From positions 1 to 50,489 of IMG/VR virus record IMGVR_UViG_3300000101_000024: 50,489 nt of DNA. One strand, given 5' to 3'. Under the pieces are notes generated by a model. That model did no database searches and was not told where the DNA came from. It saw nothing but the letters and a program-made list of their open reading frames with translations. This DNA comes from a virus. Its lineage: Duplodnaviria; Caudoviricetes. Below, piece after piece: positions 9,300-18,924 of the stretch (position 1 is the first letter of the stretch; every line of letters starts with the position of its first letter). Made by a program: the position numbers and the translations under genes.

Positions 9300-10232
9300 T
9301 CATGGCATGACCATCCTAGACTCATCAATATACCGCTCAACAGCTGGCAATGCACCAGCCACTGGAGCAACTCCGTAAACAATTTTTAAAAGGTCTCCGA
9401 GAGTTCCCATCTTCTCAGGACCAGGACGATCATAATTACGTATTCCAACATCATTATAAACAGGAGTGTCTGGCGGCAGATCTTTAAGATTAATCTCTTC
9501 TGCGCTCGCATTTCTAAGCTCTGTTAAATATGGCTGATCTCCAAAACCTAAATTTTCAAGAGCTCTCGACCTGTGACGGCTTTCATGCGCAACCACTCGT
9601 AGAGACCCATCTTCATCGAGCTTAACTGTGATCATTGGGTTTTCGGCAACTCCTTGATATTGCCCTCTTGAATAATCTTTGTATGACTTGCCTCCGCTGG
9701 CATCAAAAATGTTTGTTCCTTTTGGAATTTCTTTGTTTTTAAAAAGCTCTTCGAGGTATTTTATCTTACCAAGACTTATTGATGCTTGCTCATCTATTAC
9801 ATCAGGATCCATTTTAGGATACATTTTTTTCAGAGCTTCAGGATTGTCTGAGTACAAAGGTGGATTGAGTAATCTGTGCGTTTTGGGAGTAACCATCGCC
9901 ATGTGGGCTTCTTGGTAATTTGCAGCATCACCATAGTAATCATTCTTTTTACTCTGCATTGCTAATGTTTGAATCGCATTAGGGTCAAAAAAATCAACAC
10001 TCCTTTGAACATCTTGCGCAGGTTGTTGTAAAAATGCATTAATCGGGTCACCCATCTCCTCAACAGCATAATCAAGCGAGTCTCGGTCTGGTCGGAAACT
10101 CTGACTCGGATCAAGATCTTCGCCAGCCTTTAACTTATTGGTTTCGAAATTTTTACTTTGCTTGGTCAAAAGATTATCTATAAACTCTACAACCTCTTCC
10201 CCAATAGCTTTTATTGCTTTTCCTGCGGCCAT
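9300..10232 (-). CDS. Hypothetical protein with ParB/Srx-like motif
   Basis: PMITV...LRVVAHESRHRSRAL resembles ParB-N (D/E)G.HR motif; MAAGK leader. Confidence 0.5.
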   Translation of the reverse strand: MAAGKAIKAIGEEVVEFIDNLLTKQSKNFETNKLKAGEDLDPSQSFRPDRDSLDYAVEEMGDPINAFLQQPAQDVQRSVDFFDPNAIQTLAMQSKKNDYYGDAANYQEAHMAMVTPKTHRLLNPPLYSDNPEALKKMYPKMDPDVIDEQASISLGKIKYLEELFKNKEIPKGTNIFDASGGKSYKDYSRGQYQGVAENPMITVKLDEDGSLRVVAHESRHRSRALENLGFGDQPYLTELRNASAEEINLKDLPPDTPVYNDVGIRNYDRPGPEKMGTLGDLLKIVYGVAPVAGALPAVERYIDESRMVMP

Positions 10233-10257
10233 CTCGCTACCTCATATTATTTTTCAA

Positions 10258-11253
10258 TCAGAATTTCATTCCAGCTGGCGGCAAGTCCTCCGTCAGCAGA
10301 TTATTTTTTTTCAAATACTCTTTTATCTCGCTTTTAGATAAATTGTACTCGTCTTTAAGCTGTGTTAACATGTCGTGAGCAACACCTCCTGTATTAACAT
10401 CATCAAGATCTATTTCGCCATCTAAATAATCTTTGACATCATCTGCATCATTTAAAAACATTTCTGCTGAATCCAACCCACCTCCTTCATTAATCATTTC
10501 CCCAACTTCTTCAATTTGCTCATCAGTGGCTTTTGCAACATCATTAGGCAAGTTTAAATCTAGCAAATCCTCTGGATCCAAATCTGAAATAAATGAGCGA
10601 TAATTTTCACTACCTACTTGAAAATTTATGTTTTTCTCAGCTATTTTGAAAGAGCTAAGATCAAAGTAATTTTTTGGAAGTTCTGCTGTTATTTTTTTCA
10701 CAACAGGAGCAATGTTTTCTACGACTTTTGGGCTAGGGCTCGTCGGAACATCTAAAAGTTTTAAAGCTCCTGCTCCTGGGAGTGAAGCAGCTCCTGCACC
10801 AATAGCAATTCTTTTAACCGCATCTCTTCTCCCGACATCTGTCGGCAGGTTTTTTGATTTATTTCCTAGGTTTTGTATGAATCTCTTAACAGGTGTTGTT
10901 AATGCTCTCGTCAATGGGTATGCCTCTAAAGCAGAGACTCCTGCAACAAGGGTTGGTATAATATAATCTGTAGCTTTTTCTGCTTGCTCATATCCTGTTT
11001 TAACCTCATCAGCAGCATAAATCAAACCTGCAGGAGTGAAGTCTGCAACACCCATCATATCAGCAAACCCATAACTGGGATTATTTGAGCCTGTTAAACC
11101 TTCTGCCATGTCTCGGGCAGTTTGTGGCGTAGAAGCAACGCCCATGCTCTCAAGATAATCAGCAATCACATCCGAGTGCTCTTGCCTCAAAGATGGTTCA
11201 AAAGTTTTAAGATCACCGTATTTCTCAAAATCGTCATTAGGTTTAACTGCCAT
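10258..11253 (-). CDS. Hypothetical protein (internal twin-Arg motif, acidic C-terminus)
   Basis: ORF track; ADFTPAG segment, GRRDAVK followed by hydrophobic stretch. Confidence 0.6.
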   Translation of the reverse strand: MAVKPNDDFEKYGDLKTFEPSLRQEHSDVIADYLESMGVASTPQTARDMAEGLTGSNNPSYGFADMMGVADFTPAGLIYAADEVKTGYEQAEKATDYIIPTLVAGVSALEAYPLTRALTTPVKRFIQNLGNKSKNLPTDVGRRDAVKRIAIGAGAASLPGAGALKLLDVPTSPSPKVVENIAPVVKKITAELPKNYFDLSSFKIAEKNINFQVGSENYRSFISDLDPEDLLDLNLPNDVAKATDEQIEEVGEMINEGGGLDSAEMFLNDADDVKDYLDGEIDLDDVNTGGVAHDMLTQLKDEYNLSKSEIKEYLKKNNLLTEDLPPAGMKF

Positions 11254-11732
11254 CAGAACTCTTTCTTTATCCTAGCCATAATGTTGTAATCATCAGTTTG
11301 TGGTTGGTAAGACCCACTTATGTTAACTCCACTCGGTAAATTAACAAAAGCATCATAACTGTTAACCATCCCACTCGGTCCATAAGTCACAGAAGCTGGC
11401 TCACCGAACTCTTGCAACCTAGGAGAGAAATTTTCTTTGCCTCGGTAGTAACTTCCGGAAACTCCTCCTCCGAAAGATGTTCCACTCGGTAGGTTCACTG
11501 AACCACCCAATCGGCCACCGCCTTGTGTTTGCCTCTGGACAACGTCTCGGGACTCTGCTCCGCCAACTCCCACATTTGCGTCTATGCTTGGTGTAAAGTC
11601 CAAAGCACCAAAGCTGTAACTTGTTGGTTCGTATTGCTGGTCTTCGTTTTGCAATTTAATGCCGAGTTGATCCTCGATTGCTTCTGCTTTCATCCCTAAA
11701 GAGAAAAGGAAATTGACAAGATTATTATTCAC
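11253..11732 (-). CDS. Hypothetical beta-strand-rich protein ending in Phe
   Basis: Gly/aromatic alternating strands; ends YNIMARIKKEF. Confidence 0.55.
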   Translation of the reverse strand: MNNNLVNFLFSLGMKAEAIEDQLGIKLQNEDQQYEPTSYSFGALDFTPSIDANVGVGGAESRDVVQRQTQGGGRLGGSVNLPSGTSFGGGVSGSYYRGKENFSPRLQEFGEPASVTYGPSGMVNSYDAFVNLPSGVNISGSYQPQTDDYNIMARIKKEF

Positions 11733-11920
11733 ACCTGACCTCCGGAAAGTTGTTCTGCTAAAATCTCCAAAGTTTCTTTAAATCCTTTGTCGAGTTCTTT
11801 TGCTGCCATGGCGAATTTTTTAGGACTCAAGTCCTCGGTTTTTAATCCTCTGCGCTCCAAGAAACTCTTTGCTGCGCGGATCTCTGCGTTTGCTACTTTT
11901 TTAATTGATGCTTTTGCCAT
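11729..11920 (-). CDS. Small basic hypothetical protein
   Basis: ORF track; ATGA overlap with next gene. Confidence 0.6.
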   Translation of the reverse strand: MAKASIKKVANAEIRAAKSFLERRGLKTEDLSPKKFAMAAKELDKGFKETLEILAEQLSGGQV

Positions 11921-11946
11921 TATAACTTGCCTAATGATAAGATTAA

Positions 11947-12573
11947 TTAATCAACCAATTGTCGTGTTAATTTGTCTAATTCTGGGTCTTCTATTAATTC
12001 TGGTTGAATTTTCAATATTTTATTTTTTAAAAGCGGAGCTTTTATTTCATCTTTCACATAGTTCGAAAGGTCATATTCATTTGTGAAAACGTCTTGTTGG
12101 AATCGAGAGCCTTGATTGTCCAAGTAGTTTTGCAGACCATTAGCGATGACAGATCCATCATCCCCAGCTTCATAAAATTCATCTAAAAATTCGTCTAAAT
12201 TTTTATATCCTGAAATATTATCAACTAAACCAGACTCTCTGATAAAATTAACATAATCAACATCATCACTAAACATTTCTCTAGTCATTTGACCGAGGGG
12301 AATAGTATCATCATTTTTGTTTGCCGTTGATGTGTCAAATTTATTGTTTATATCAGAAATAATTTCATCAAATTTACCTTCTGCGAACAGCTTCCTTAAA
12401 CTTTTTGTCGCCAAAGCTGCTGCTCCCAAAGAGACAAGTCCTCCAGCTGGAGCTGCTGTTCCTCTTTTAAGGAAATCTCTTCTCGAGACATCTACTTCAT
12501 TGTCTGAAGGAAGTGCTCCTAGCTTCTTTTTTATAAATTTTGCTGCTCCTGATATTAATTTGCCAGCCGCCAT
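11947..12573 (-). CDS. Hypothetical protein with MAAGK leader and SRRDFLK motif
   Basis: ORF track; Tat-consensus motif at residues 30-36. Confidence 0.6.
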   Translation of the reverse strand: MAAGKLISGAAKFIKKKLGALPSDNEVDVSRRDFLKRGTAAPAGGLVSLGAAALATKSLRKLFAEGKFDEIISDINNKFDTSTANKNDDTIPLGQMTREMFSDDVDYVNFIRESGLVDNISGYKNLDEFLDEFYEAGDDGSVIANGLQNYLDNQGSRFQQDVFTNEYDLSNYVKDEIKAPLLKNKILKIQPELIEDPELDKLTRQLVD

Positions 12574-12579
12574 ATTATA

Positions 12580-12837
12580 TCACCACGCTTTGCACGACCA
12601 ATACCGTGCTTTTGTTTTAGGTCCAGGAGTTTCGCAATTGTGACGTGAGCGGAAATTGCTTCTGCGTCCTGGCTGATTCTTTTTGATCCTCATGTTAGGA
12701 TCCCCAAATGTGACTCGTTTAACCCGATCACCATCCTTAACGTAAACAACAGACTTCTTTTTGCCGTAAGATGTTTCACCTTTGGCTATTCTGCGTGGCT
12801 TGTTAAGAGTTACTTTGCGTCCTTTGTACTCAGCCAT
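12580..12837 (-). CDS. Small basic conserved phage protein
   Basis: KK..VYVK...V.FGD..M...RR..F..RH.C...ARYWSC..W pattern. Confidence 0.7.
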   Translation of the reverse strand: MAEYKGRKVTLNKPRRIAKGETSYGKKKSVVYVKDGDRVKRVTFGDPNMRIKKNQPGRRSNFRSRHNCETPGPKTKARYWSCKAW

Positions 12838-13514
12838 TATTTTTTAATATCATCATACAATTTTTTAAAATTTATTAGGTCCATTGTGCTGTTGGTGTGT
12901 TTTGTTTTGTAATCCCAAAATGATTTTTCCAACCCTTTTTTAGTTTCAGATATGAATTTTACAACCCTATCAGTGTCATGGTCTTTCCCAAAATCTAAAT
13001 TGTCAAGATTGGCATAAACATTTGTTTTAGGTCCATATCCTGAGTCTTCAAGAAGTTTGGCCATGTTTTTGCTGCTGATGTTAAATTTATTTTTGAGATT
13101 TTCTAGACTTTCATATATAGATGGAAAAAATTCTCCATAATTTTGGTGTTTCCCATCTGAGAAATAATGAAGGAATGCTTCTCCCATTGCTTGATCTTTT
13201 GTATCAGTCTCTGGGAGTATGTCTGTGACATCTATGCGGTTTTCGTCGTAAAAATCAGGATCCATTCTGTATTGATGTTCTTGACTCACAATATCAAGCT
13301 GATCATCAATTAATTTGAAATCAGGATCATCAAGCAGATGACCGAAATAATAATCCCCACCTTGACCAGACATTGCTTGTTTATTTGCGTCCTGAACCAT
13401 CAGTCTTCTTGACAGCATCGGGGCATCGGAAAGCCTCGCGGCAGTGTCAACCTTTGGGACTACATTATCAACAAGTTTGCTGAGGACACCTTTTACTATT
13501 TTAGCTCCTGCCAT
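12837..13514 (-). CDS. Hypothetical protein with amphipathic MAGAKIVKG leader
   Basis: ORF track; coupled by TAATG overlaps. Confidence 0.6.
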   Translation of the reverse strand: MAGAKIVKGVLSKLVDNVVPKVDTAARLSDAPMLSRRLMVQDANKQAMSGQGGDYYFGHLLDDPDFKLIDDQLDIVSQEHQYRMDPDFYDENRIDVTDILPETDTKDQAMGEAFLHYFSDGKHQNYGEFFPSIYESLENLKNKFNISSKNMAKLLEDSGYGPKTNVYANLDNLDFGKDHDTDRVVKFISETKKGLEKSFWDYKTKHTNSTMDLINFKKLYDDIKK

Positions 13515-13687
13515 TAAGATTTCCTCGCTTTCGCTTTTGCACGCTCTGATAAATCTTTTTTGTGAACAAGATATTTACTAGATGATGTATGAGTTTTACC
13601 AGACATAATTCTACCTTTCGCATCTTTGTGAGTTGCACCTTCGTGTTCAGTTCCGTCTCGGAAAAAATGTTTTACACTTTTAGCCAC
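13514..13687 (-). CDS. Small basic His-containing protein (57 aa)
   Basis: Manual, GTG start: AKSVKHFFRDGTEHEGATHK...MSGKTHT.SSK.L.H; fills the gap between neighbours. Confidence 0.55.
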   Translation of the reverse strand: MAKSVKHFFRDGTEHEGATHKDAKGRIMSGKTHTSSSKYLVHKKDLSERAKAKARKS

Positions 13688-13991
13688 GTTTCGTTTCTCC
13701 TGATTTTTTCTTTTTACCTTTTAAAATATCCGCATCTGCTTTGCGAGCACCACCTTTGCCAGTTGCAAAAGATCTGACCCGACCAATCGCCCATGATGTT
13801 GGTGTTTGTCCTGGCTTTGAGCCGGAGGAATAAAAAGCACCCATGCCGCGCTTTGCGACTTTCCGGAGTTTGTCTTTGGAGATGCCTGAAGATTTGCTGT
13901 ATTTATCAATCGCAGTATTTAAAGAACTACCACCTTTAGGCGAGTCTTTTTTTGCGGGTTTCGCTGGCTTTTTTGTACTTTTTTGTGACAT
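13680..13991 (-). CDS. Basic protein, DUF5824-like
   Basis: LRKVAKRGMGAFYSSGSKPG.T..SWA.GRV.SF motif recalled from DUF5824-type viral proteins. Confidence 0.55.
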   Translation of the reverse strand: MSQKSTKKPAKPAKKDSPKGGSSLNTAIDKYSKSSGISKDKLRKVAKRGMGAFYSSGSKPGQTPTSWAIGRVRSFATGKGGARKADADILKGKKKKSGETKRG

Positions 13992-14172
13992 TTTTAGACC
14001 TTTTCTTAGCTATCCTGTCCATATCCGCTTTGGTAAGTTTACCCTCTTTGTACTTCTTTGCGGTACTTTTTATTTCAGCCTCTTGTGCTTTTGGATTTTT
14101 TGCCCCTCGCACATAGCTTTTGTTTACCCCACCTTTGGTTTTTGGTTGTTTTGCAAATTTACGCTTTTGCAT
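13936..14172 (-). CDS. Lys-rich hypothetical protein
   Basis: ORF track; in series with neighbouring basic ORFs. Confidence 0.5.
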   Translation of the reverse strand: MQKRKFAKQPKTKGGVNKSYVRGAKNPKAQEAEIKSTAKKYKEGKLTKADMDRIAKKRSKNVTKKYKKASETRKKRLA

Positions 14173-14308
14173 TCTTTTTCACCTTTTTGTTTCCTGTGTA
14201 CCCAGAAGCATAAGCTGCACGTGCTTGTCGCTCCGCAAGGGCACGAGTTTTGTATACTTTCCCTCTTTCTCCCCACTGGTAACCACCTTTTACTTTACGA
14301 ACTGGCAT
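14159..14308 (-). CDS. Small basic protein (49 aa)
   Basis: Manual: MPVRKVKGGYQWGERGKVYKTRALAERQARAAYASGY... Confidence 0.6.
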   Translation of the reverse strand: MPVRKVKGGYQWGERGKVYKTRALAERQARAAYASGYTGNKKVKKNAKA

Positions 14309-14316
14309 TGATGATT

Positions 14317-14592
14317 TTAATACTCCATCTCTGGACCGCCATGCCCTAAAACTTCATCCATGATCGAGCTCATGTCGCCACCTTTGACTTTTATGACTTT
14401 GACTTTGACTCCATCTTCTTCCATATCATCTTCTGACTCTTCTCCAATCCCATACTCCATCTGCTGGCAAATTAAAAGAAAATTCACCAACTGGTCATCA
14501 GTCATGTCCAATCCTGCGCTGTCGTGAGCAAAGCCCATCTTTTCCATGAACAGCTCTGCGTTTTGCTCCATGTTGTCTACATTAATTTCCAT
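14317..14592 (-). CDS. Acidic hypothetical protein
   Basis: ORF track; Met/Asp/Glu-rich. Confidence 0.55.
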   Translation of the reverse strand: MEINVDNMEQNAELFMEKMGFAHDSAGLDMTDDQLVNFLLICQQMEYGIGEESEDDMEEDGVKVKVIKVKGGDMSSIMDEVLGHGGPEMEY

Positions 14593-14593
14593 T

Positions 14594-14980
14594 TTATCTT
14601 CCTCTCGATTTCATCATAGCATCCAGCTCTGGGTTTGAAATTTGACCTTGTGCTGGCGGCATTGGTTGGTTGATTTGTCTTGATCTCATCATAGCTTCTA
14701 GTTCTGGGTTTGAAATTTGTCCTTGTCCTCGGAGATTGGCCATGTAATTTTGCATCGCATCTTGAGAACCAGAATCTTTCAGCCCTGATTTTATCTCTTC
14801 AACTTTGCGCATTAAATACTCCATCATGCTTTGCTCATCAGTACCCATCGGTGCGGACTGTGCCATCATCCCTAATTCCTGAGAACCAATTCCTCCCAGT
14901 GCTCCGCTGAACTCTGAAGGATTGACAGGTTGCTGGAGCGCAGTAACTCGCGCCATCATCTCATCAATTGTTTCTGCCAT
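14594..14980 (-). CDS. Met/Gln-rich hypothetical protein with duplicated QGQISNPEL.AMM.SR
   Basis: ORF track; internal repeat at 25-aa spacing; GGAG RBS. Confidence 0.55.
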   Translation of the reverse strand: MAETIDEMMARVTALQQPVNPSEFSGALGGIGSQELGMMAQSAPMGTDEQSMMEYLMRKVEEIKSGLKDSGSQDAMQNYMANLRGQGQISNPELEAMMRSRQINQPMPPAQGQISNPELDAMMKSRGR

Positions 14981-17417
14981 TTATAATCTCCTGTTGAATT
15001 TTTATTGCGTTTTTCTCTCGCTCAATCTGCAAATCAGCCTCCAGTTTAGCAATTTTTGCTTGGAGATCTGCTTCGAGTTTAACTTGTTGAATTTGAATGT
15101 TCTGTGCAGCTTTGGCTTGGTCAATCTGCATATCAGACTGAGCTTTGGCTTGGTCGACTTGAATTTCAGCCTGTGTTTTGGCTTGAAGTGCTTGTGCCTC
15201 TAATTCTGCCAACTGCTTGGCATAGTCCAAAGGATTCTGTTGACCTTGCTGTTGACCTTGTCTTAATGACTGAATTGCTTGCATCTGAGGTGCTTGCTGA
15301 ACGACTTGTGCAGCTCGTTGGCTGATTATCATGTCTGCCCTCGGATCAATATCCTCAAATTTAAAGTCTTTGTCTCTTAAATCAGGAACATCTGGTAGCG
15401 GAACAGCGATGCTGGATTGCATTCGGTTTCTGTAAAGCAACGCAACGTGCTCGGCAATGTGTGCGATCAAAACTGGCTGAAGTGCTTTTGCTCCTGGATT
15501 TCCTGCCAGACTCGGATCTTGTAAAAACTGCATGTGAACAGCGATGTGCGCGTCATGATCTTGCTCAGGAAAAGCACGGATTGGTTTGCCGTACATGACT
15601 GACATATTCTCATCAATCGGATCCAACCTAGGAGCTGTTTCTGGCTTTTTCAAAATCTCATCAATCCCAGGAATCCGGATCGCTTCGTACATACGTTTGT
15701 AAGCTTCGTACATATCATGCAACTGAGGTGCGGATTGTGCCATTTGCAGAATCGCTTGTGCTTGTGCAATTCTTTGTGCAGTGCTGAAAATGTTCGGGTC
15801 GCTGACTGGGACAATATCTATGCGTTCATTAAAGTCAGCAGCATAAACCGTTTCCGAAGCACCTGCGACTGCGAACTGAAACGAATCTGGCAAGTAAAGT
15901 TCGTTCAGCTTTGCGAGCATCTTGAACTCTTGACCTTGCGAGTAATGAAGTCGTTTGTGGATTGCGGAGAATGATTTTGATCCCTGCTCAATCAGAGCAA
16001 CCGTTGAACCGACTGGTGCGTTCGGATTAACATCACCAACATTTAAATCTGCAGTGCTTGCAAACCGGCGACCAGCATCAACAATAAATCCGAGCAAATT
16101 AAATAAAGCACTGGATGGTTCTTTAAATGGGAGAGGCATGATTGCTTTGTTAACATCATCAACTGTCGAGTCCAGATCAACAAACTCTCCAGGATTTATG
16201 TCAATCTCACCACCACTCACTCTGCCTTTTAATTTAAAGCCACCTTGCATGTTTGAGAATGCAGCTGAATCCAAAAGTGCTCTCAGAGCTCCTGTTGCAG
16301 CCTTGCCCAAACCACCAATCAGGTGATAAAGTCCAAAGCCATAAAACCCAACTCCTGGCAAGAACTTATAACTCACAAACCAGTTCCTGCGGTCTTTGTC
16401 CTCGTCATCTTCGTACCAGTTTCTGCGTACAGAAACAACTTTCTGAGAGTCGTAGTCGATTGTGATAACATAAGGAAATGCGACAACATCACTCTCGTCG
16501 TCCTCGTCATCATCTTCTGAGATCCCATCAATACCAGAGAATGTTTCATAAACGTGCATCTCAAGCAATGTCATCACTTCATCTTGGGAATCGTCTTGGT
16601 AAGGATTAACACCTTCAATGTCTTCAGTTGTGGAGCCTGAGGGATCAACATCACCACCTGAATATTCAATAGACTTATACCAACCCGACTCAACGTATTT
16701 GTTGAAGTCGTTGCGCGGCATTCTTATCACCTGTGAATAACGTGGCGAAGTGTAAAGGTCTTTGCTCTCAGGAGCAACAACAAAATCTTCTGCGTTAACA
16801 AATTGAGAACATTGGCGATCGAGATTCGGATCCCACCAAACTTTCTTAAATGTCTGACCAACAAGTGGTAGCTGGAACAACATTTGATCGAGCTCAGGGA
16901 AATACTCCGGCATCTGCTGAGTGATCTGATAATTCATGAACTCACGAACTCTACGAGCTTGCTCTTCAGTTTCTTCGTTCGGTTCACCGATAATTGTCGT
17001 TTTAACAGGACCACCAGAAGGATACAACTCGGTTATGGCTCTTGCGTTAAACTGCGTTGCAGCTTCTGCGATCATAGGATGAACAACTGTGCTTAATCCT
17101 CTGCTTGCTCTTTCCTCTTCTGATTCTTCAAGACCACCGTCTGGGTCTAAAGTTTTAAGACCCTGTTTGTATCTTTGCTCCCACTGTGAGCGAGCAGACT
17201 TGTCTGATTCGTAATAACCAACAAGTTCTGAGGCTTTGCGGTCAAGTTGACGTTGGTCAATAACCTCTGCCAAGTTTTGATCAAAAACAGTTTGCTCTTC
17301 TGGAGTCTCGTCCAAAGCAGGATCTCCGATAAGAACATCACCGTCTGGTAAATTTTCAATTTGAAGCTCGTCTGGTGGTGCACCTTCTGCGAAGGGAATT
17401 ACTTTTTCTTCAGCCAT
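14964..17417 (-). CDS. Portal protein (P22-like, long C-terminal coiled coil)
   Basis: Follows TerL; HPMIAEAATQFNARA, GFYGFGL.HLIGGL motifs; Gln-rich heptad-like C-terminus. Confidence 0.9.
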   Translation of the reverse strand: MAEEKVIPFAEGAPPDELQIENLPDGDVLIGDPALDETPEEQTVFDQNLAEVIDQRQLDRKASELVGYYESDKSARSQWEQRYKQGLKTLDPDGGLEESEEERASRGLSTVVHPMIAEAATQFNARAITELYPSGGPVKTTIIGEPNEETEEQARRVREFMNYQITQQMPEYFPELDQMLFQLPLVGQTFKKVWWDPNLDRQCSQFVNAEDFVVAPESKDLYTSPRYSQVIRMPRNDFNKYVESGWYKSIEYSGGDVDPSGSTTEDIEGVNPYQDDSQDEVMTLLEMHVYETFSGIDGISEDDDEDDESDVVAFPYVITIDYDSQKVVSVRRNWYEDDEDKDRRNWFVSYKFLPGVGFYGFGLYHLIGGLGKAATGALRALLDSAAFSNMQGGFKLKGRVSGGEIDINPGEFVDLDSTVDDVNKAIMPLPFKEPSSALFNLLGFIVDAGRRFASTADLNVGDVNPNAPVGSTVALIEQGSKSFSAIHKRLHYSQGQEFKMLAKLNELYLPDSFQFAVAGASETVYAADFNERIDIVPVSDPNIFSTAQRIAQAQAILQMAQSAPQLHDMYEAYKRMYEAIRIPGIDEILKKPETAPRLDPIDENMSVMYGKPIRAFPEQDHDAHIAVHMQFLQDPSLAGNPGAKALQPVLIAHIAEHVALLYRNRMQSSIAVPLPDVPDLRDKDFKFEDIDPRADMIISQRAAQVVQQAPQMQAIQSLRQGQQQGQQNPLDYAKQLAELEAQALQAKTQAEIQVDQAKAQSDMQIDQAKAAQNIQIQQVKLEADLQAKIAKLEADLQIEREKNAIKIQQEIINGRNN

Positions 17418-18924
17418 ACATTGTTACCCTCTTTCTGGGTGATTCATAACTGTCGTCATCATAATCTTCCGAATGAGTGACGAACCAACCTTTGCGCAGT
17501 CTTAACCATGCTTGCGTGCAAGTATCAACTATATCGTCATTTTCCGTTGCTGGAAAGGCTGCACAAGTGTCAATTAAATCTTTCGCCCAATTTTTATCTG
17601 ATGGATAGTAAATTCTGCCGTCTTCCAGCAAAGCTGAACTGGCATGTGCTCGTGCTTCTTTGTCGCGGTCTGGTGAGTATTCAATCACCGGAACACCTGC
17701 AACCCTCAAGTCCTGTATCAGACTTTGGCCAGATGCCTTTTTTTCTATAAGCACCGCGTCTGGTTCATACGAATTATACGCCTCTTGAGCAATCCTCCTC
17801 AACTCCGGATAAGTAACTCTGTCATACCACATCTCCAGAACCATCGCGTTCATTTGTCCGTTGCGTCGGAAAACACCCCATGTTGTGCGTGCAGAGTAAG
17901 AACTTTTTTCTTTTGTGCTAAAAGCAGTATCCCAAGATTGTATGACATATTCAATTTCCGGTAACTTTTGTCGCTCCCATGGCACCCACCATTCAGCTTT
18001 TAATATGCCGCCACCTTTTGGCATTGGGCGTTGCTGTAACTGACCAGCAGAAGCATAAGTTCCCAAAGACCTTTCGAGCTGAGAAAGTGTAACTTCATCA
18101 ATCCTCGCTGGCCAAAGCAACTCACCTTCCTCAGTCCTCGGGTCTGTGAAGCCAAGCGAAGAATGAGTATGAGTCGGGTGTCCAATCTCATAACGTGCAG
18201 GAAGGCAAAGGTGATCCCAGTCTTGACCGAGCTCGTTTGCAAGTATGTGCCCAGTAAGGTCTTGCTCATGAACTCTCTGCATTATGATTATGAAAGCACC
18301 TGTCTTCGGATCATTGAGTCGGGATTGCATTGCTTGGTCCCACCAATCCAAAACTCCCTGCCGGACAGTTGAAGACTCTGCTTCCCGAACATTGTGAGGG
18401 TCGTCAATCACAATTATATCTCCACCCTCTCCTGTCAATGCCCCATCCACAGAAGTTGCAATTCTTTGCCCTGTTCTGTTGTTCTCAAAACGTTGCTTTT
18501 GGTTTTGGTCTCCGGTTAATTCAAAAGTATCTCCGAAGTGATCCCGATACCAAGATGAATCAATCAATCTCCTGCATTTAACTGAATCTCGGATGGAAAG
18601 AGAGCTCGCGTAAGATGCAAACAAAAAACGTTTTTCGGGTTGGATGGTCCATGTCCATGCTGGCAAAGCCACTGCCACCGATATCGACTTCATGTGCCGA
18701 GGTGGGATGTTGATAATCAGTCTCCGGATTTTACCTTCAACAACAGCCTGCAAATGTTCGCTGATTGCGTCTATGTGCCAGTTGTCGTTAAACTCACGTC
18801 CTGGCTCAATCGTTCCCCAAGACTTCTTGGTAAATTCCTTCAACGATCTCCTCATCTTCTCCGCTCTCACTTCCTTCAATGACAGCGTGTTCAAGAACTC
18901 GTTCAATTGTGTTGAGGTCGTCAT
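17410..18924 (-). CDS. terL: Terminase large subunit
   Basis: INIPPRHMKS Walker A variant, IVIDDP Walker B, IMQR, SWDTA and DDIVD nuclease motifs. Confidence 0.95.
   Translation of the reverse strand: MTTSTQLNEFLNTLSLKEVRAEKMRRSLKEFTKKSWGTIEPGREFNDNWHIDAISEHLQAVVEGKIRRLIINIPPRHMKSISVAVALPAWTWTIQPEKRFLFASYASSLSIRDSVKCRRLIDSSWYRDHFGDTFELTGDQNQKQRFENNRTGQRIATSVDGALTGEGGDIIVIDDPHNVREAESSTVRQGVLDWWDQAMQSRLNDPKTGAFIIIMQRVHEQDLTGHILANELGQDWDHLCLPARYEIGHPTHTHSSLGFTDPRTEEGELLWPARIDEVTLSQLERSLGTYASAGQLQQRPMPKGGGILKAEWWVPWERQKLPEIEYVIQSWDTAFSTKEKSSYSARTTWGVFRRNGQMNAMVLEMWYDRVTYPELRRIAQEAYNSYEPDAVLIEKKASGQSLIQDLRVAGVPVIEYSPDRDKEARAHASSALLEDGRIYYPSDKNWAKDLIDTCAAFPATENDDIVDTCTQAWLRLRKGWFVTHSEDYDDDSYESPRKRVTMYG

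Noticed and set aside
14990-15260. Repeats in the portal C-terminus
   Set aside because: Ordinary Gln/Ala coiled-coil barrel of P22-like portals
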